Assembly: GCA_963675295.2 (NCBI GenBank)
Contig: CAXXKJ010000002.1
Location: forward strand, 2,880,001 to 2,944,000
Reading direction: 5' to 3'
Origin: a bacterium
GTDB taxonomy: Bacteria; Electryoneota; Electryoneia; Electryoneales; Electryoneaceae
DNA: 64,000 nt
How positions within the stretch are numbered: position 1 is the stretch's first letter; every line of letters begins with the position of its first letter. The position numbers and the translations under genes are program-made. Below, in pieces: positions 8,788 through 17,851 of this stretch. Below the pieces are notes generated by a model. It saw only the letters and a list, made by a program, of their open reading frames with translations, was not told the origin of the DNA and did not search any database.

Positions 8788-10200
8788 TCATGCCAATCCG
8801 TTGACTACGATATCCATCATCTTTTCGACGGTGTTGAACACTTTGGACGCGGCGTTGTAGGCGTATTGGGTGTTGATCATCGCAGACATCTCTTCGTCCA
8901 GGTTCACACCGGTGTATTCCTGCTGCAGGTTTTCCGTCTGCTGCAACGCTGCTTCCGCGGTTTCGTAGCGCAGGTCAGCGTTTTGCACCGTCGTACCGAT
9001 ATCCGCGACCAGTGTCGCGTAGCGGCCGTTGATGGTGCGACTGTCGCCCCACGGGTTCGCGAACTGCAGTTCGTAGATGTCGTGGGCGAGATCGTTCGCA
9101 CCGGTTGCGCTGACAGTGGATGCGGCGACCTTGTCCACGTTTTCCAGGATTTCATCGTCAACGAGCAGCGACCGTGCACCGGTGACATCATCACGGAAGA
9201 ACACGTTTCCGGTGGTATCGTCATGTCCAATCCCTTCGACATGCGCGGCGTTGACCGATGAACGGACCGCGTCGGCAATCATGTCCAGTTCCGCGAGGAT
9301 ATCGCCGATTTCGTCTCGTGTCTGCAGCATGCCGTAGATGTAGCCGCTGCTGATCGACACCTCGTTTCCGTTGTCCGACCAGACGAAATTGCCGCCGTTC
9401 TTGCCAAGGCTGCTGTCGCCGGTACCCTGCCACGCGATTTCGCGGTTGGAATCACGGTGCACCATTTCCTCGCTGCCGATGTAGACATTCGCCGCGCCGG
9501 TGTCTTCGTATTCAACATGGACGTTGACCAGCGCCGACAAATCTTTCAGCAGCAGTTCGCGCGCATCGAGCAGATCATTCGGCACCTGGCCGGAGGCGAC
9601 AAGATCGGCAATCTGTTCGTTGAGGTTGGCGATACGGGCGGCGTACAGGTTGATCGAACCGGACTGCGCCATCATCTCAGTGTTGATCTGTTCTCGTTGC
9701 GAGTCCATGCTGCTGTAGGTGGTCGCCATCGAGTAACCGAGGTCCTTGGCGGCGGTGACGACAGCCGTGCGTGCGGACGCGTTGTCCGCATCGTTGGCGA
9801 GATCCTGCCACGAGTTCCAGAAGTTGTCCAGCGCGGTGCCGATGCCGTAGTCGCCCAGTTCGTTAAGCGTTTCTTCAACCCGCATCATGCTGTCGCGTTG
9901 TCCACTCCAGCGTCCGACGAGGCTGGAATCCACGCGTTCCTGGCGGCTGATGTACTCCACCTGCGCACGCTGAATGCCGAGAACTTCGACGCCCTGGCCG
10001 TACGTCCCGTTGATACCGGGAAGTCCTGCTTTCGCGCCGAGCACGGTGCGTTGGCGGTGGTAGCCGAGCGTGTCCACGTTCGCCACGTTGTGGCTGATCG
10101 TGTTCAGGCTGTTCTGATGCGACAGCAACGCATCGCGTGCCATCGCCAGCTGTGCACCCAGGCTGAGGCCCCGATTTCCGCGTGTGTTGATGCTGTACAT
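8788..10200 (-). CDS. flgK: hook-associated protein 1 FlgK
   Basis: HNVANVDTLGYHRQR, PNDLLDARE, GVNLDEEM...QYAYNAASKV. Confidence 0.95.
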   Translation of the reverse strand: MYSINTRGNRGLSLGAQLAMARDALLSHQNSLNTISHNVANVDTLGYHRQRTVLGAKAGLPGINGTYGQGVEVLGIQRAQVEYISRQERVDSSLVGRWSGQRDSMMRVEETLNELGDYGIGTALDNFWNSWQDLANDADNASARTAVVTAAKDLGYSMATTYSSMDSQREQINTEMMAQSGSINLYAARIANLNEQIADLVASGQVPNDLLDARELLLKDLSALVNVHVEYEDTGAANVYIGSEEMVHRDSNREIAWQGTGDSSLGKNGGNFVWSDNGNEVSISSGYIYGMLQTRDEIGDILAELDMIADAVRSSVNAAHVEGIGHDDTTGNVFFRDDVTGARSLLVDDEILENVDKVAASTVSATGANDLAHDIYELQFANPWGDSRTINGRYATLVADIGTTVQNADLRYETAEAALQQTENLQQEYTGVNLDEEMSAMINTQYAYNAASKVFNTVEKMMDIVVNGLA

Positions 10201-10210
10201 GGCTCATCAC

Positions 10211-10292
10211 CTCGTCTCTCGTCTCTTGTCCTTTGTCTCTCCTGAATGGCCAACGGCTATCGCTCAAGACTCAGGACGCAAGACTCAGGACT
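10211..10292. repeat. two 7-bp tandem arrays in the flgN-flgK spacer
   Basis: CTCGTCT CTCGTCT CTTGTCC TTTGTCT (10211-10238); CAAGACT CAGGACG CAAGACT CAGGACT (10265-10292). Confidence 0.85.
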
Positions 10293-10296
10293 TGTT

Positions 10297-10800
10297 TTAC
10301 AAGGTCTTGTTCACCATCAGGCTGCGGCGATCCTGACCGTGCAGACGGCCGTCCTTCTCGTACGTCACGTCGCGCAGGTTTTCATCGATCAGGATGTCGA
10401 TAGTGCGATGGTTGATGTTCAGCGACCGCTTGATCAGGTACTGGTTGACCTGATTCGCGCGACGGATGCGGCTGACGAGTCCGTTCAGGTTCATCTTGGA
10501 CTGCCGCAGCTCGCTGGAGACCGTGCCGAGGCTCATTTCGACCAGGCGCGTGATCGTCAGCTCGCTTTCCTTGATCTCCATGTTGCTGGCGATCTTTCGC
10601 ACTTTGCCGATGCGCTGATCTTCAAGCGTCCGGATCTGCTCAATCAGCTCTTCCTGCTTCGCGACGGTGGTTTCAAAATCTTCCACTTCGTTGCGTACGA
10701 GCATCGATTTCTGCTCTTCCAGCAGGTTGAGAAAGTCGTTGAGCAGCGCTTCTTCCCGCTTGATGATGTCAATCAGCGCGCTGATCAGCTCCGTTTCCAT
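10297..10800 (-). CDS. flgN: export chaperone FlgN
   Basis: Helical 167 aa, EELIEQIRTLEDQR and RRANQVNQYLIKRSL patterns; directly upstream of flgK. Confidence 0.85.
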   Translation of the reverse strand: METELISALIDIIKREEALLNDFLNLLEEQKSMLVRNEVEDFETTVAKQEELIEQIRTLEDQRIGKVRKIASNMEIKESELTITRLVEMSLGTVSSELRQSKMNLNGLVSRIRRANQVNQYLIKRSLNINHRTIDILIDENLRDVTYEKDGRLHGQDRRSLMVNKTL

Positions 10801-11675
10801 GGTTCCTCCACGGCATCGCCGCTGTTATCGATGGATCGAGTGTTGTTCTGGATGAATTCACGTGCGTTCCGGATTGTTTCGCCGTCACGGGTCAGGGTCT
10901 GCTGCGGTCCTGAACCGGCAAGCCAGGAAAGGATTTTGCGCACGTAGGATTGCGTTTCTTCGAACGGCGGGATGCCGTCGTAGCGATCCACCGCGCCGGG
11001 GCCTGCGTTGTACGCCGCCAGTGCCTTTGGCACATCGCCGCTGTAGCGTTCCAGCATCTGGCCCAGATAGCGCACGCCACCGTCGATATTCTGCACCGGA
11101 TCGAACGGGTTCGTCACGCCGAGCGAATCGGCGGTTTCCGGCATTAGCTGCATCAACCCCATCGCGCCGGCATGCGAGACGGCGGTAGTATTCCAATCCG
11201 ACTCCGCACGGATGACCGATTCGACGATCTGCCTGTCGACACCGTATTTCTCCGCCACGGCGTTCGCGAGATGCATCAGGTCCAGCGGTGCACCGTCCGC
11301 GCGGGCGGTAGTCGCGGGATTGACACCATCGGGCATTTCCGGTTGGCTTGCCCTGTCGGTCTCGGTATACGGTTCCTGCCCGCGCCGTTCCATCAGTTGG
11401 CGGTAGATGAGGTCGGTGATGCCCAGCGCGCCCTGCCCGGCGAGCTGATCGCCGAGGACTTCGGTGAACATGCCGTTGTAAACCTCACCGCCGAGCCCTT
11501 CGCCGCCGATCATGCTGGTCGAGCCCTGCATCTGCTTGACCATGTATTGCGCGAAATGGGCCTCGAAGCCGCGTGCGGCCTTGAAGGTTTCCGGGTCGGT
11601 GACATTACGCGGAACCGGCTGTTCGAGCCACGCACCGCTGACACCGCCGGGCAGATTTGCGGAATAGCTGCTCAT
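10785..11675 (-). CDS. flgJ: FlgJ-like rod-binding domain fused to an SLT lytic transglycosylase
   Basis: AARGFEAHFAQYMVKQM rod-binding motif; AES, AVSHAGAMGLMQLMP, ALAAYNAG SLT motifs; follows flgI. Confidence 0.8.
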   Translation of the reverse strand: MSSYSANLPGGVSGAWLEQPVPRNVTDPETFKAARGFEAHFAQYMVKQMQGSTSMIGGEGLGGEVYNGMFTEVLGDQLAGQGALGITDLIYRQLMERRGQEPYTETDRASQPEMPDGVNPATTARADGAPLDLMHLANAVAEKYGVDRQIVESVIRAESDWNTTAVSHAGAMGLMQLMPETADSLGVTNPFDPVQNIDGGVRYLGQMLERYSGDVPKALAAYNAGPGAVDRYDGIPPFEETQSYVRKILSWLAGSGPQQTLTRDGETIRNAREFIQNNTRSIDNSGDAVEEPWKRS

Positions 11676-12802
11676 CAGATAATCACCAGTTCGCCACGCA
11701 GGGCACCTGCCTGTTGCAAGGCCTGGAAAATCGCGATGATGTCACGCGGGGTGACGCCAAGACTGTTCAGCGCCGCCGCGACATCGCCCACATTTGCCGC
11801 TTCCTCCATCACAACCACACCGGTTCCCTGCTCCTCGACTTCGATCTGTGTCGCGCTGCGGGAGACCGTCTGTCCCTGCGAAAAAGCTCCCGGCTGGCTG
11901 ATCACCGGCGTGTTGACGATGCTGATCGACAACGTGCCGTGGCTGATCGCAACATTTGAGATGCCTACATCAGCGCCGATAACGACGGTACCGGTGCGTT
12001 CGTTGACGACGACTCGCGCCTCGACATCCTGCGTCACGGTCAGCAGTTCGAGGTCGGAAATCTGCGCCATCGTGCCGCCGGGATAATCCTCGATCTTCTC
12101 GACGACGACGCTGACCGGATCGAGCGCGCTGGCAACCTCACGGCCGAACGCAGTGTTGATCGCGTCCGCCATCCGGCGTGCCGTGGTGTAGTCGGGATCG
12201 TTGAGCACGAACTGGATGCTTTCCATGTCTTCCAATGTCGTACCGGGGGATTGTTCGACGAGGAATCCGTTCGGAATGCGTCCTACAGACGACGAGTTCT
12301 TGCGGATGCTGACCGCACCCTGTTCAATGTGGAACCCACCGACGCTGAGCGGCCCCTGCGCGACACCGTACACGGTCTGGTCTGTCGCGACGAGCGGCGT
12401 AATCAGCAGCGTCCCGCCCTGCAGGCTGCGCGCGTCCCCGAGTGAGGAAACGGTCACATCCAACCGCTGGCCGGGCTTGGCGAAATTGTTCAACGTTCCG
12501 GTGACCATCACGCCGGCGACGTTTCGCGTGCGCACACGTTCGGAATTGATTGAGATGCCGAAGCGTTCCATCATGTTGCCCAGCGCCTGGTTGGTGAACA
12601 GCGAGCGCGGGCTGTCGCCGGTGCCTTCGAGGCCGACGACGATGCCGTAGCCAACCATCGGAATGCCGCCCTGGCCTTCGAGGTTGGCGATGTCCTTGAT
12701 CCGTTGCTGGCCGAACGCGGTCACCGTAAACGCCAGCAGCAGGGCCGCGAAAATCGCGATCCTGGCTGTGCGGCGGTGTATGTCTTGTGGATGGGTTGTC
12801 AT
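11675..12802 (-). CDS. flgI: P-ring protein FlgI
   Basis: RIKDIA, GYGIVVGLEGTGD, SLQGGTLL, VVVNERTGTVVIG. Confidence 0.97.
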   Translation of the reverse strand: MTTHPQDIHRRTARIAIFAALLLAFTVTAFGQQRIKDIANLEGQGGIPMVGYGIVVGLEGTGDSPRSLFTNQALGNMMERFGISINSERVRTRNVAGVMVTGTLNNFAKPGQRLDVTVSSLGDARSLQGGTLLITPLVATDQTVYGVAQGPLSVGGFHIEQGAVSIRKNSSSVGRIPNGFLVEQSPGTTLEDMESIQFVLNDPDYTTARRMADAINTAFGREVASALDPVSVVVEKIEDYPGGTMAQISDLELLTVTQDVEARVVVNERTGTVVIGADVGISNVAISHGTLSISIVNTPVISQPGAFSQGQTVSRSATQIEVEEQGTGVVVMEEAANVGDVAAALNSLGVTPRDIIAIFQALQQAGALRGELVII

Positions 12803-12820
12803 CAGACCGTCCTCACATCC

Positions 12821-13411
12821 TTAGAAGAACCAGTTCCACATGCGGGCGAAGAATCCCGGCTTCCCGGCGTCGTTGACCATGCCCTTGCCAGCGTAGCTGA
12901 TCGTCGCGTTTGCGATGTTGTAGCTGTAGACGGTGTTGTCCGAGCCGACATCTTCCGCGCGTACGGTACCAGTGACAGTAGTTGTCTGCGCTTCACCGTT
13001 TACCTCCAGCGTGCGCGTGCCCTGAATGATCAGCAGTCCGTTCTCCTGCACCTCGGTAACGACCGCCGTCATCCGGCTTTCCAGCATGTTGCGGCTTTCG
13101 GTCTTGCCGGTGGATTCGTTACGGTTGGTCAGGTCACTGTCGAGACCGAGGGTTGGGATCAGATCGTTGAACGTGCCGCTGGTGCGAACGTCCGCACTGG
13201 TCCGGTTGTCGGAATTCGTCGTGGTCCCGGTTTCGTTCGCACCTTTGGTGAATTCAACGATCAGCACGGTGATGATGTCGCCTTCGCCGAACGCCTTCTG
13301 ATCGGAATACATCGACCGGGCAACGACGCCCTTGATCGTCTGCGCCGGAGCGGCGATTGCCGCGGCAAGCACGACGACAACGATGATTCCGGTGATCAGC
13401 CAACGGTTCAT
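12821..13411 (-). CDS. flgH: L-ring protein FlgH
   Basis: GDIITVLIVE, NGLLIIQG, NTVYSYNIANATISYAGKG. Confidence 0.93.
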   Translation of the reverse strand: MNRWLITGIIVVVVLAAAIAAPAQTIKGVVARSMYSDQKAFGEGDIITVLIVEFTKGANETGTTTNSDNRTSADVRTSGTFNDLIPTLGLDSDLTNRNESTGKTESRNMLESRMTAVVTEVQENGLLIIQGTRTLEVNGEAQTTTVTGTVRAEDVGSDNTVYSYNIANATISYAGKGMVNDAGKPGFFARMWNWFF

Positions 13412-13419
13412 GATTCCTC

Positions 13420-14124
13420 CTACCGGCCGAGTGAGCGGATGATTTCCGCACGTTTCGGTCCGACCACTCTCACTTTCAGCAACGAGCCCAGCTCCTGCTG
13501 CTCGACCCGGATCGTTTCTCCAGTCCGGCCGTCTTGCAGCGCGATTCCTTCCGTCTCCAACATCACCGCGCCCCGTTGCAGCAGCAGGTTGACCTGGTCA
13601 CCCCGGCAAACTTCCGGCTCTTCTTCGACATCCGGCCAGGTCAACACCTCGCCGGGGTTCATTGACCGTCTTGCCCGTAAGCGTGCATCGGTGAACGCGT
13701 CGGGAGATTCGGGCCAGGGGTGGCGAATCTCCGTGACTTCGCGGCGTTCCCAGCGGAGCGCATCAGCGGTGATCACATCACCACGGCTGAGCTGGCGATC
13801 CACGACCGGTGTCCACGCGAACGGCATCACCCGGATGCGGAACGGAACTCGCCGCAAGCGGGTATCGCCGTCCATCACGTTCACGTACAGCACCGTCTTC
13901 CCGCGCGGCAGCTCCGGGCCGTCCAGCGTCCAGTGGTCGCCAGCGTCCATCAGCTTCGCGTCGGGCATCGACAACTCGATCCAATCCACAGGGCAGTCCG
14001 TCCACTCGGCGGCAAGGTACCCGTCGATGGCGGCGCGCAGATCGGTGGCAACCTGTTCGCCGGCGACACTTACGCCGGCGAACAGCAGCACGATCAGGGC
14101 GATGCTGTGGATGGTCCGAATCAT
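13420..14124 (-). CDS. flgA: P-ring assembly chaperone FlgA
   Basis: Signal peptide, SAF-like region, VCRGDQV...GIALQDGRTGETIRV; between flgG and flgH. Confidence 0.9.
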   Translation of the reverse strand: MIRTIHSIALIVLLFAGVSVAGEQVATDLRAAIDGYLAAEWTDCPVDWIELSMPDAKLMDAGDHWTLDGPELPRGKTVLYVNVMDGDTRLRRVPFRIRVMPFAWTPVVDRQLSRGDVITADALRWERREVTEIRHPWPESPDAFTDARLRARRSMNPGEVLTWPDVEEEPEVCRGDQVNLLLQRGAVMLETEGIALQDGRTGETIRVEQQELGSLLKVRVVGPKRAEIIRSLGR

Positions 14125-14916
14125 TTAGCCACGCTTCAGGTTGTTGGCTTCCTGCATCATGCTGTCGGCGGTGCGGATCGCACGGGACGACAGTTCGTAC
14201 GCGCGCTGAGCGACGATCATGTCGACCATTTCCTCAACCACCGCGACATTCGACGACTCGAGGTAACCCTGATTGATCTCGCCGAAACCTTCCTGGCCGG
14301 GATTGGCGAGAATCGGCACGCCGGACGCTTCCGTTTCCTGGAACAGGTTCTGTCCCAACGCACGCAGGCCGGAGGGATTGGTAAACCGTGCCAGCTCGAT
14401 CTGACCGACTTCGGTCGACTCGGTGTCGCCATACAGCGTCGCGAAGACGTAGCCTTCACGGTCGATGGTGACATCAACGGTGTCTTCCGGGATGATGATT
14501 TCCGGGTCCAGCAGGTAGCCGTCACCGTTGACCACGCGTCCGTCCGGACTGACGCTGAAATTGCCGTTGCGGGTGTAGGCGCTGGATCCATCAGGGCGGA
14601 TGATCTGGAAGAATCCCTCGCCTTCGATGGAGAGGTCCAGCTGGTTGCCGGTCTGGGACGGGCTGCCCTGGCTGAAGTTCTTCTCGATTGCGACCGGCTT
14701 GACACCGTGACCGATCTGCAATTCAGCAGGAACCGTGGTCCCTAGTCCACGCACCGAGTGTGTCGCCTGAATCGTCTGGTAGATCAGATCCTGGAATTCG
14801 ACTTTCGATTTCTTGTACCCGGTGGTGTTGACGTTCGCCAGGTTGTTGGAAATCGTGTCGATCTGCAGCTGTTGTGCGTACATGCCACTGGCGGCTGTAC
14901 GCAGGGCGCGCATCAT
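14125..14916 (-). CDS. flgG: distal rod protein FlgG
   Basis: SNNLANVNTTGYKK, FQDLIYQ, YTRNG, LESSNV, AQRAYE. Confidence 0.96.
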   Translation of the reverse strand: MMRALRTAASGMYAQQLQIDTISNNLANVNTTGYKKSKVEFQDLIYQTIQATHSVRGLGTTVPAELQIGHGVKPVAIEKNFSQGSPSQTGNQLDLSIEGEGFFQIIRPDGSSAYTRNGNFSVSPDGRVVNGDGYLLDPEIIIPEDTVDVTIDREGYVFATLYGDTESTEVGQIELARFTNPSGLRALGQNLFQETEASGVPILANPGQEGFGEINQGYLESSNVAVVEEMVDMIVAQRAYELSSRAIRTADSMMQEANNLKRG

Positions 14917-14955
14917 ATGGTTTCTCCTCCCCGTTCGGGGCTAGTTCGCTTTGTT

Positions 14956-15060
14956 CGGTACTTGATACTCAGTATTCAGTAGCCAGTACTCTGTGGTCAG
15001 TGCTCAGTGCTCAGTGGTCCGTTGTCGACTCACCACTCATCACTCAGCGCTCACCACTCT
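14956..15060. repeat. 15 in-phase 7-bp units forming an imperfect inverted repeat in the flgF-flgG spacer
   Basis: Ten CAGTnnT-type units (14956-15025) then five nnACTCA-type units; 105 nt = 15 x 7. Confidence 0.92.
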
Positions 15061-15062
15061 TT

Positions 15063-15800
15063 CTAGAACCTCGGCACCCGGTCGATGAGCCGGCCGAGCG
15101 TGCTATCCTGTGACAGCATCGCGCGTTGCGAGGTGTCGTAGTTGCGGTTCAGGGCGATCATTTCGACCATTTCCTGCACGACGTTGACGTTAGACGCTTC
15201 CACATGTTCCTGATGCACCGTGGTCGTCTCAACTGTATTCAGGTTATCGTCGTTGTCCTTACGGTACAGGTTGTCGCCAACCTTGGTGATCGTATCCGGG
15301 TTGTCGACATCGGCGATCATGAACTTGGTCGTCACCTGTCCGTCCACATGAATCACGCCGGTGTCATCGGTGAAAAAGAGACCATCCGGGATACGTACAG
15401 GGGTCATGCTTTCGTCAAGGACCTTGTACCCGTTGGAGGCGACCAGTTCGCGATTATCGTTGATGTGGAACCGGCCGTCGCGAGTGAGGAACGTCTGGCC
15501 TTCGTCATCCTGCACGACGAAGAAGCCGCGTCCCTTGAGTGCGAAATCGGTCTTGCGTCCGGTCGGATTGATCGCGCCCTGTTCCCAGTCGGTGTAGAGG
15601 CCTTCGTTCAGGCGTTCCACCTGCTTTGCCTGGCCGTCGATGCCGGGCTGGGTCAGCTCGTTGTTCAACGTGAAACTGAAAAAGCGGCGGTCAGCCTTGA
15701 ACGACGTGGTCGACGCGTTCGCGAGGTTGTTCGAGATGTTGGTCAGCTTGTGATAGCGGGGCAACATCCCGGCAGCACTGTGGTAGATCCCTCGAATCAT
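15063..15800 (-). CDS. flgF: proximal rod protein FlgF
   Basis: SNNLANASTTSFK, LTRDGRF, EASNVNVVQEMVEMI; precedes flgG. Confidence 0.88.
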   Translation of the reverse strand: MIRGIYHSAAGMLPRYHKLTNISNNLANASTTSFKADRRFFSFTLNNELTQPGIDGQAKQVERLNEGLYTDWEQGAINPTGRKTDFALKGRGFFVVQDDEGQTFLTRDGRFHINDNRELVASNGYKVLDESMTPVRIPDGLFFTDDTGVIHVDGQVTTKFMIADVDNPDTITKVGDNLYRKDNDDNLNTVETTTVHQEHVEASNVNVVQEMVEMIALNRNYDTSQRAMLSQDSTLGRLIDRVPRF

Positions 15801-15843
15801 GGTCGGTCCCTGAGTTGATCGCAGAGCCTTTCACGGAGGGATT

Positions 15844-15859
15844 GGCAAATGGTGTGCCG
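15844..15859 (-). promoter_or_regulatory. sigma54 -24/-12 promoter upstream of flgF
   Basis: Minus strand CGGCAC-ACCAT-TTGCC, about 44 nt before the flgF ATG. Confidence 0.8.
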
Positions 15860-16016
15860 AATGAGTAACGAGGGCCTAACAGGTAGTATGGAAAGAGGTT
15901 ACAGCGTTGTTACAACAAACTGGAAACAATTCCGGGCCGAGCATGCTTGCCTGATCGCACGGAAGAAAGTGCCGTACTGCTGAAGGAGTTCCGGGTACAA
16001 GGTGGTTGGGGATGGA

Positions 16017-17357
16017 TTACGGTTCCGCGGTGACGCCTTCCATTTGCAGCGCCATGCGGATTTCGTCCTGGCTCTTGCCGGTAATCTCGGCGATCTCTCG
16101 CACCGAATTACCGTTGTTGTGCATGTCAACCACCATCTTGCGGGTTTCGGCGGAAACGTTCATTTCACGGGGTTTCGGCCTTGTGCCATTCGGCTTCTCA
16201 CCGGCCAGTTCAGCTTCCAGCGAACCGGTGGCGTCTTCGTCCTCATCGTTCTCGTCGCCCCAGAATACCGCATCTTCACGCGGATCGACTGGTGATTCCT
16301 TCTTGTCCTTTTTCCGGTTGCGATGGAGCAGCAGACCACCCGCGATGCCGCCGGTGACGAACAGTGCGATAACGATGATGATCAGCACACGTGTATCGAA
16401 GAATTCCATCGGTGTACCATTGCCATCGAACGTGATGCCGGAGGATTCACCTCGTTGCTGCACGTCCGATGCGTTGCGGACAAATTGCCGTTCACTGCTG
16501 CCCGCGCCTTCACCCTGCCCTTGAGCCAGCGGCGGGACGCTGGCGTCATCGGACCGCAGCACCATCTCCCACATGTCCTCTGCCTTTTCCTGCTCACCCC
16601 GGCGCTGATGCCACAGGGCGATGCTGGTTGCGGCGGCGGACATGGTCTGACGGTATTCCAGCGCTTTCTCGTACTCACGTTTCGCGCCTGGATCATCACC
16701 TTCTTCTTCCTTGATGTTGCCCATCAACAGGCGGCCCCACGGATACGAGTCGGAATTAGCGGGGATCTGCTCGATGGTTTCCTTCGCTGCCTCATTCCGT
16801 CCCTGCAGCTTGTGCAACTGGGCGAGCATCAACAGGTCGGCGTCGCTGAGTTGATCCTCAACTTGCACGGGCTCGGGTTCAGAATCGCGTTCCGTTTCTG
16901 TCTGTTCGACAGGAGGAGGCGGTTGCGTTCGGGTCTGGGGTTGGGTAGCGGTTCGACGTTCCGCTTGCACCGGTTGCGGTGGTTCGCCGGTGGGACGCAG
17001 CATCAGCAACCACATTCCGGCGCCGGCGCGACGGAGCGACGCCTTCGCCGGTTTGTTGCAGGACAGCGAAAGGGTGTTGTTGTCGACGTCAATACCGGTC
17101 AGGAGTTGCGAAGCGGGAACGACGGCATCGTTGAAAAACGACGAGGTGCCCTGCAGCTGAATGCTTTGTCCGGAAGCAGTGGTGATCCGCAGCGAGAGGT
17201 CCTGATCAAAGGTCAGGGTGAGCAGTTCGCCGTCGTCCATTGCGGTACTTCTCACCTGCAACAACGACACCGCCTGGGCAGCACCGCTCCAACCTGCCAT
17301 CAGGACACACGCCAGCAGCACCCGCAGCAATACGGGTCTGACACGGATCATCGTCAT
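16017..17357 (-). CDS. membrane protein: signal peptide, periplasmic region with TPR-like helices, TM helix, C-terminal HTH-like (SwrB/DUF6115-like) domain
   Basis: Start 17357 inferred from signal peptide ending AQA; TM VLIIIVIALFVTGGIAGGLLL; GNSVREIAEITGKSQDEIRMAL. Confidence 0.75.
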   Translation of the reverse strand: MTMIRVRPVLLRVLLACVLMAGWSGAAQAVSLLQVRSTAMDDGELLTLTFDQDLSLRITTASGQSIQLQGTSSFFNDAVVPASQLLTGIDVDNNTLSLSCNKPAKASLRRAGAGMWLLMLRPTGEPPQPVQAERRTATQPQTRTQPPPPVEQTETERDSEPEPVQVEDQLSDADLLMLAQLHKLQGRNEAAKETIEQIPANSDSYPWGRLLMGNIKEEEGDDPGAKREYEKALEYRQTMSAAATSIALWHQRRGEQEKAEDMWEMVLRSDDASVPPLAQGQGEGAGSSERQFVRNASDVQQRGESSGITFDGNGTPMEFFDTRVLIIIVIALFVTGGIAGGLLLHRNRKKDKKESPVDPREDAVFWGDENDEDEDATGSLEAELAGEKPNGTRPKPREMNVSAETRKMVVDMHNNGNSVREIAEITGKSQDEIRMALQMEGVTAEP

Positions 17358-17482
17358 GTGTGTTGGGTGGACCATGCGACCTTGCGCAACAGGTTCCGGT
17401 AACGTGTCGCCGCTACCCTGCCAATATAGAACTATTAGAAGTACCTGCAGTAGAATTCCGGGTTCATGGAGAGCGGATGGGT

Positions 17483-17836
17483 TCACCCGCGCACGTCCAG
17501 CTTATCCCCTTTGCCCCTGTCATCTTCGGCGGTCCGACGTCGCAGATCCTGCTGGTCACCGTCCTCTTCCGTCTCGGGCTTTTCCTCGTCATGTTGCTGC
17601 GAGTCTTTGAACTTCCGCCGTTTTTCCCGATGAGCGTCCTTGCGTGTGCGCTTCAACGGGTGGCGCTCATCAGTGACCTCGATTTCCTCGCGTGCCCGGC
17701 GCTGCTGCTCCTCCGCAATTATCTGCTGGCGGATGTGTTTCTCACGCTCCACGCCGTCGTGCAGCCGGTCAGCTTCGCGCTGAGCCCAGAGGGTCTTCTG
17801 GTAGACGTTGCGTTCATCGATGGGACGCGGTGGCAT
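17483..17836 (-). CDS. charged hypothetical protein downstream of fliA
   Basis: 117 aa, Q/E/R/K-rich, ends GKGDKLDVRG; in operon orientation. Confidence 0.7.
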   Translation of the reverse strand: MPPRPIDERNVYQKTLWAQREADRLHDGVEREKHIRQQIIAEEQQRRAREEIEVTDERHPLKRTRKDAHREKRRKFKDSQQHDEEKPETEEDGDQQDLRRRTAEDDRGKGDKLDVRG

Positions 17837-17851
17837 CAGGGTACCGGGCGG

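Noticed and set aside
14956-15060. Heptamer arrays as CRISPR arrays
   Set aside because: Units are 7 bp with no unique spacers, and no cas genes are present
17358-17482. Sigma54 or sigma28 promoter in the AT-richer stretch before the TPR/HTH gene
   Set aside because: TGGCAG-N5-CGGC and GGCGACAC are only weak matches
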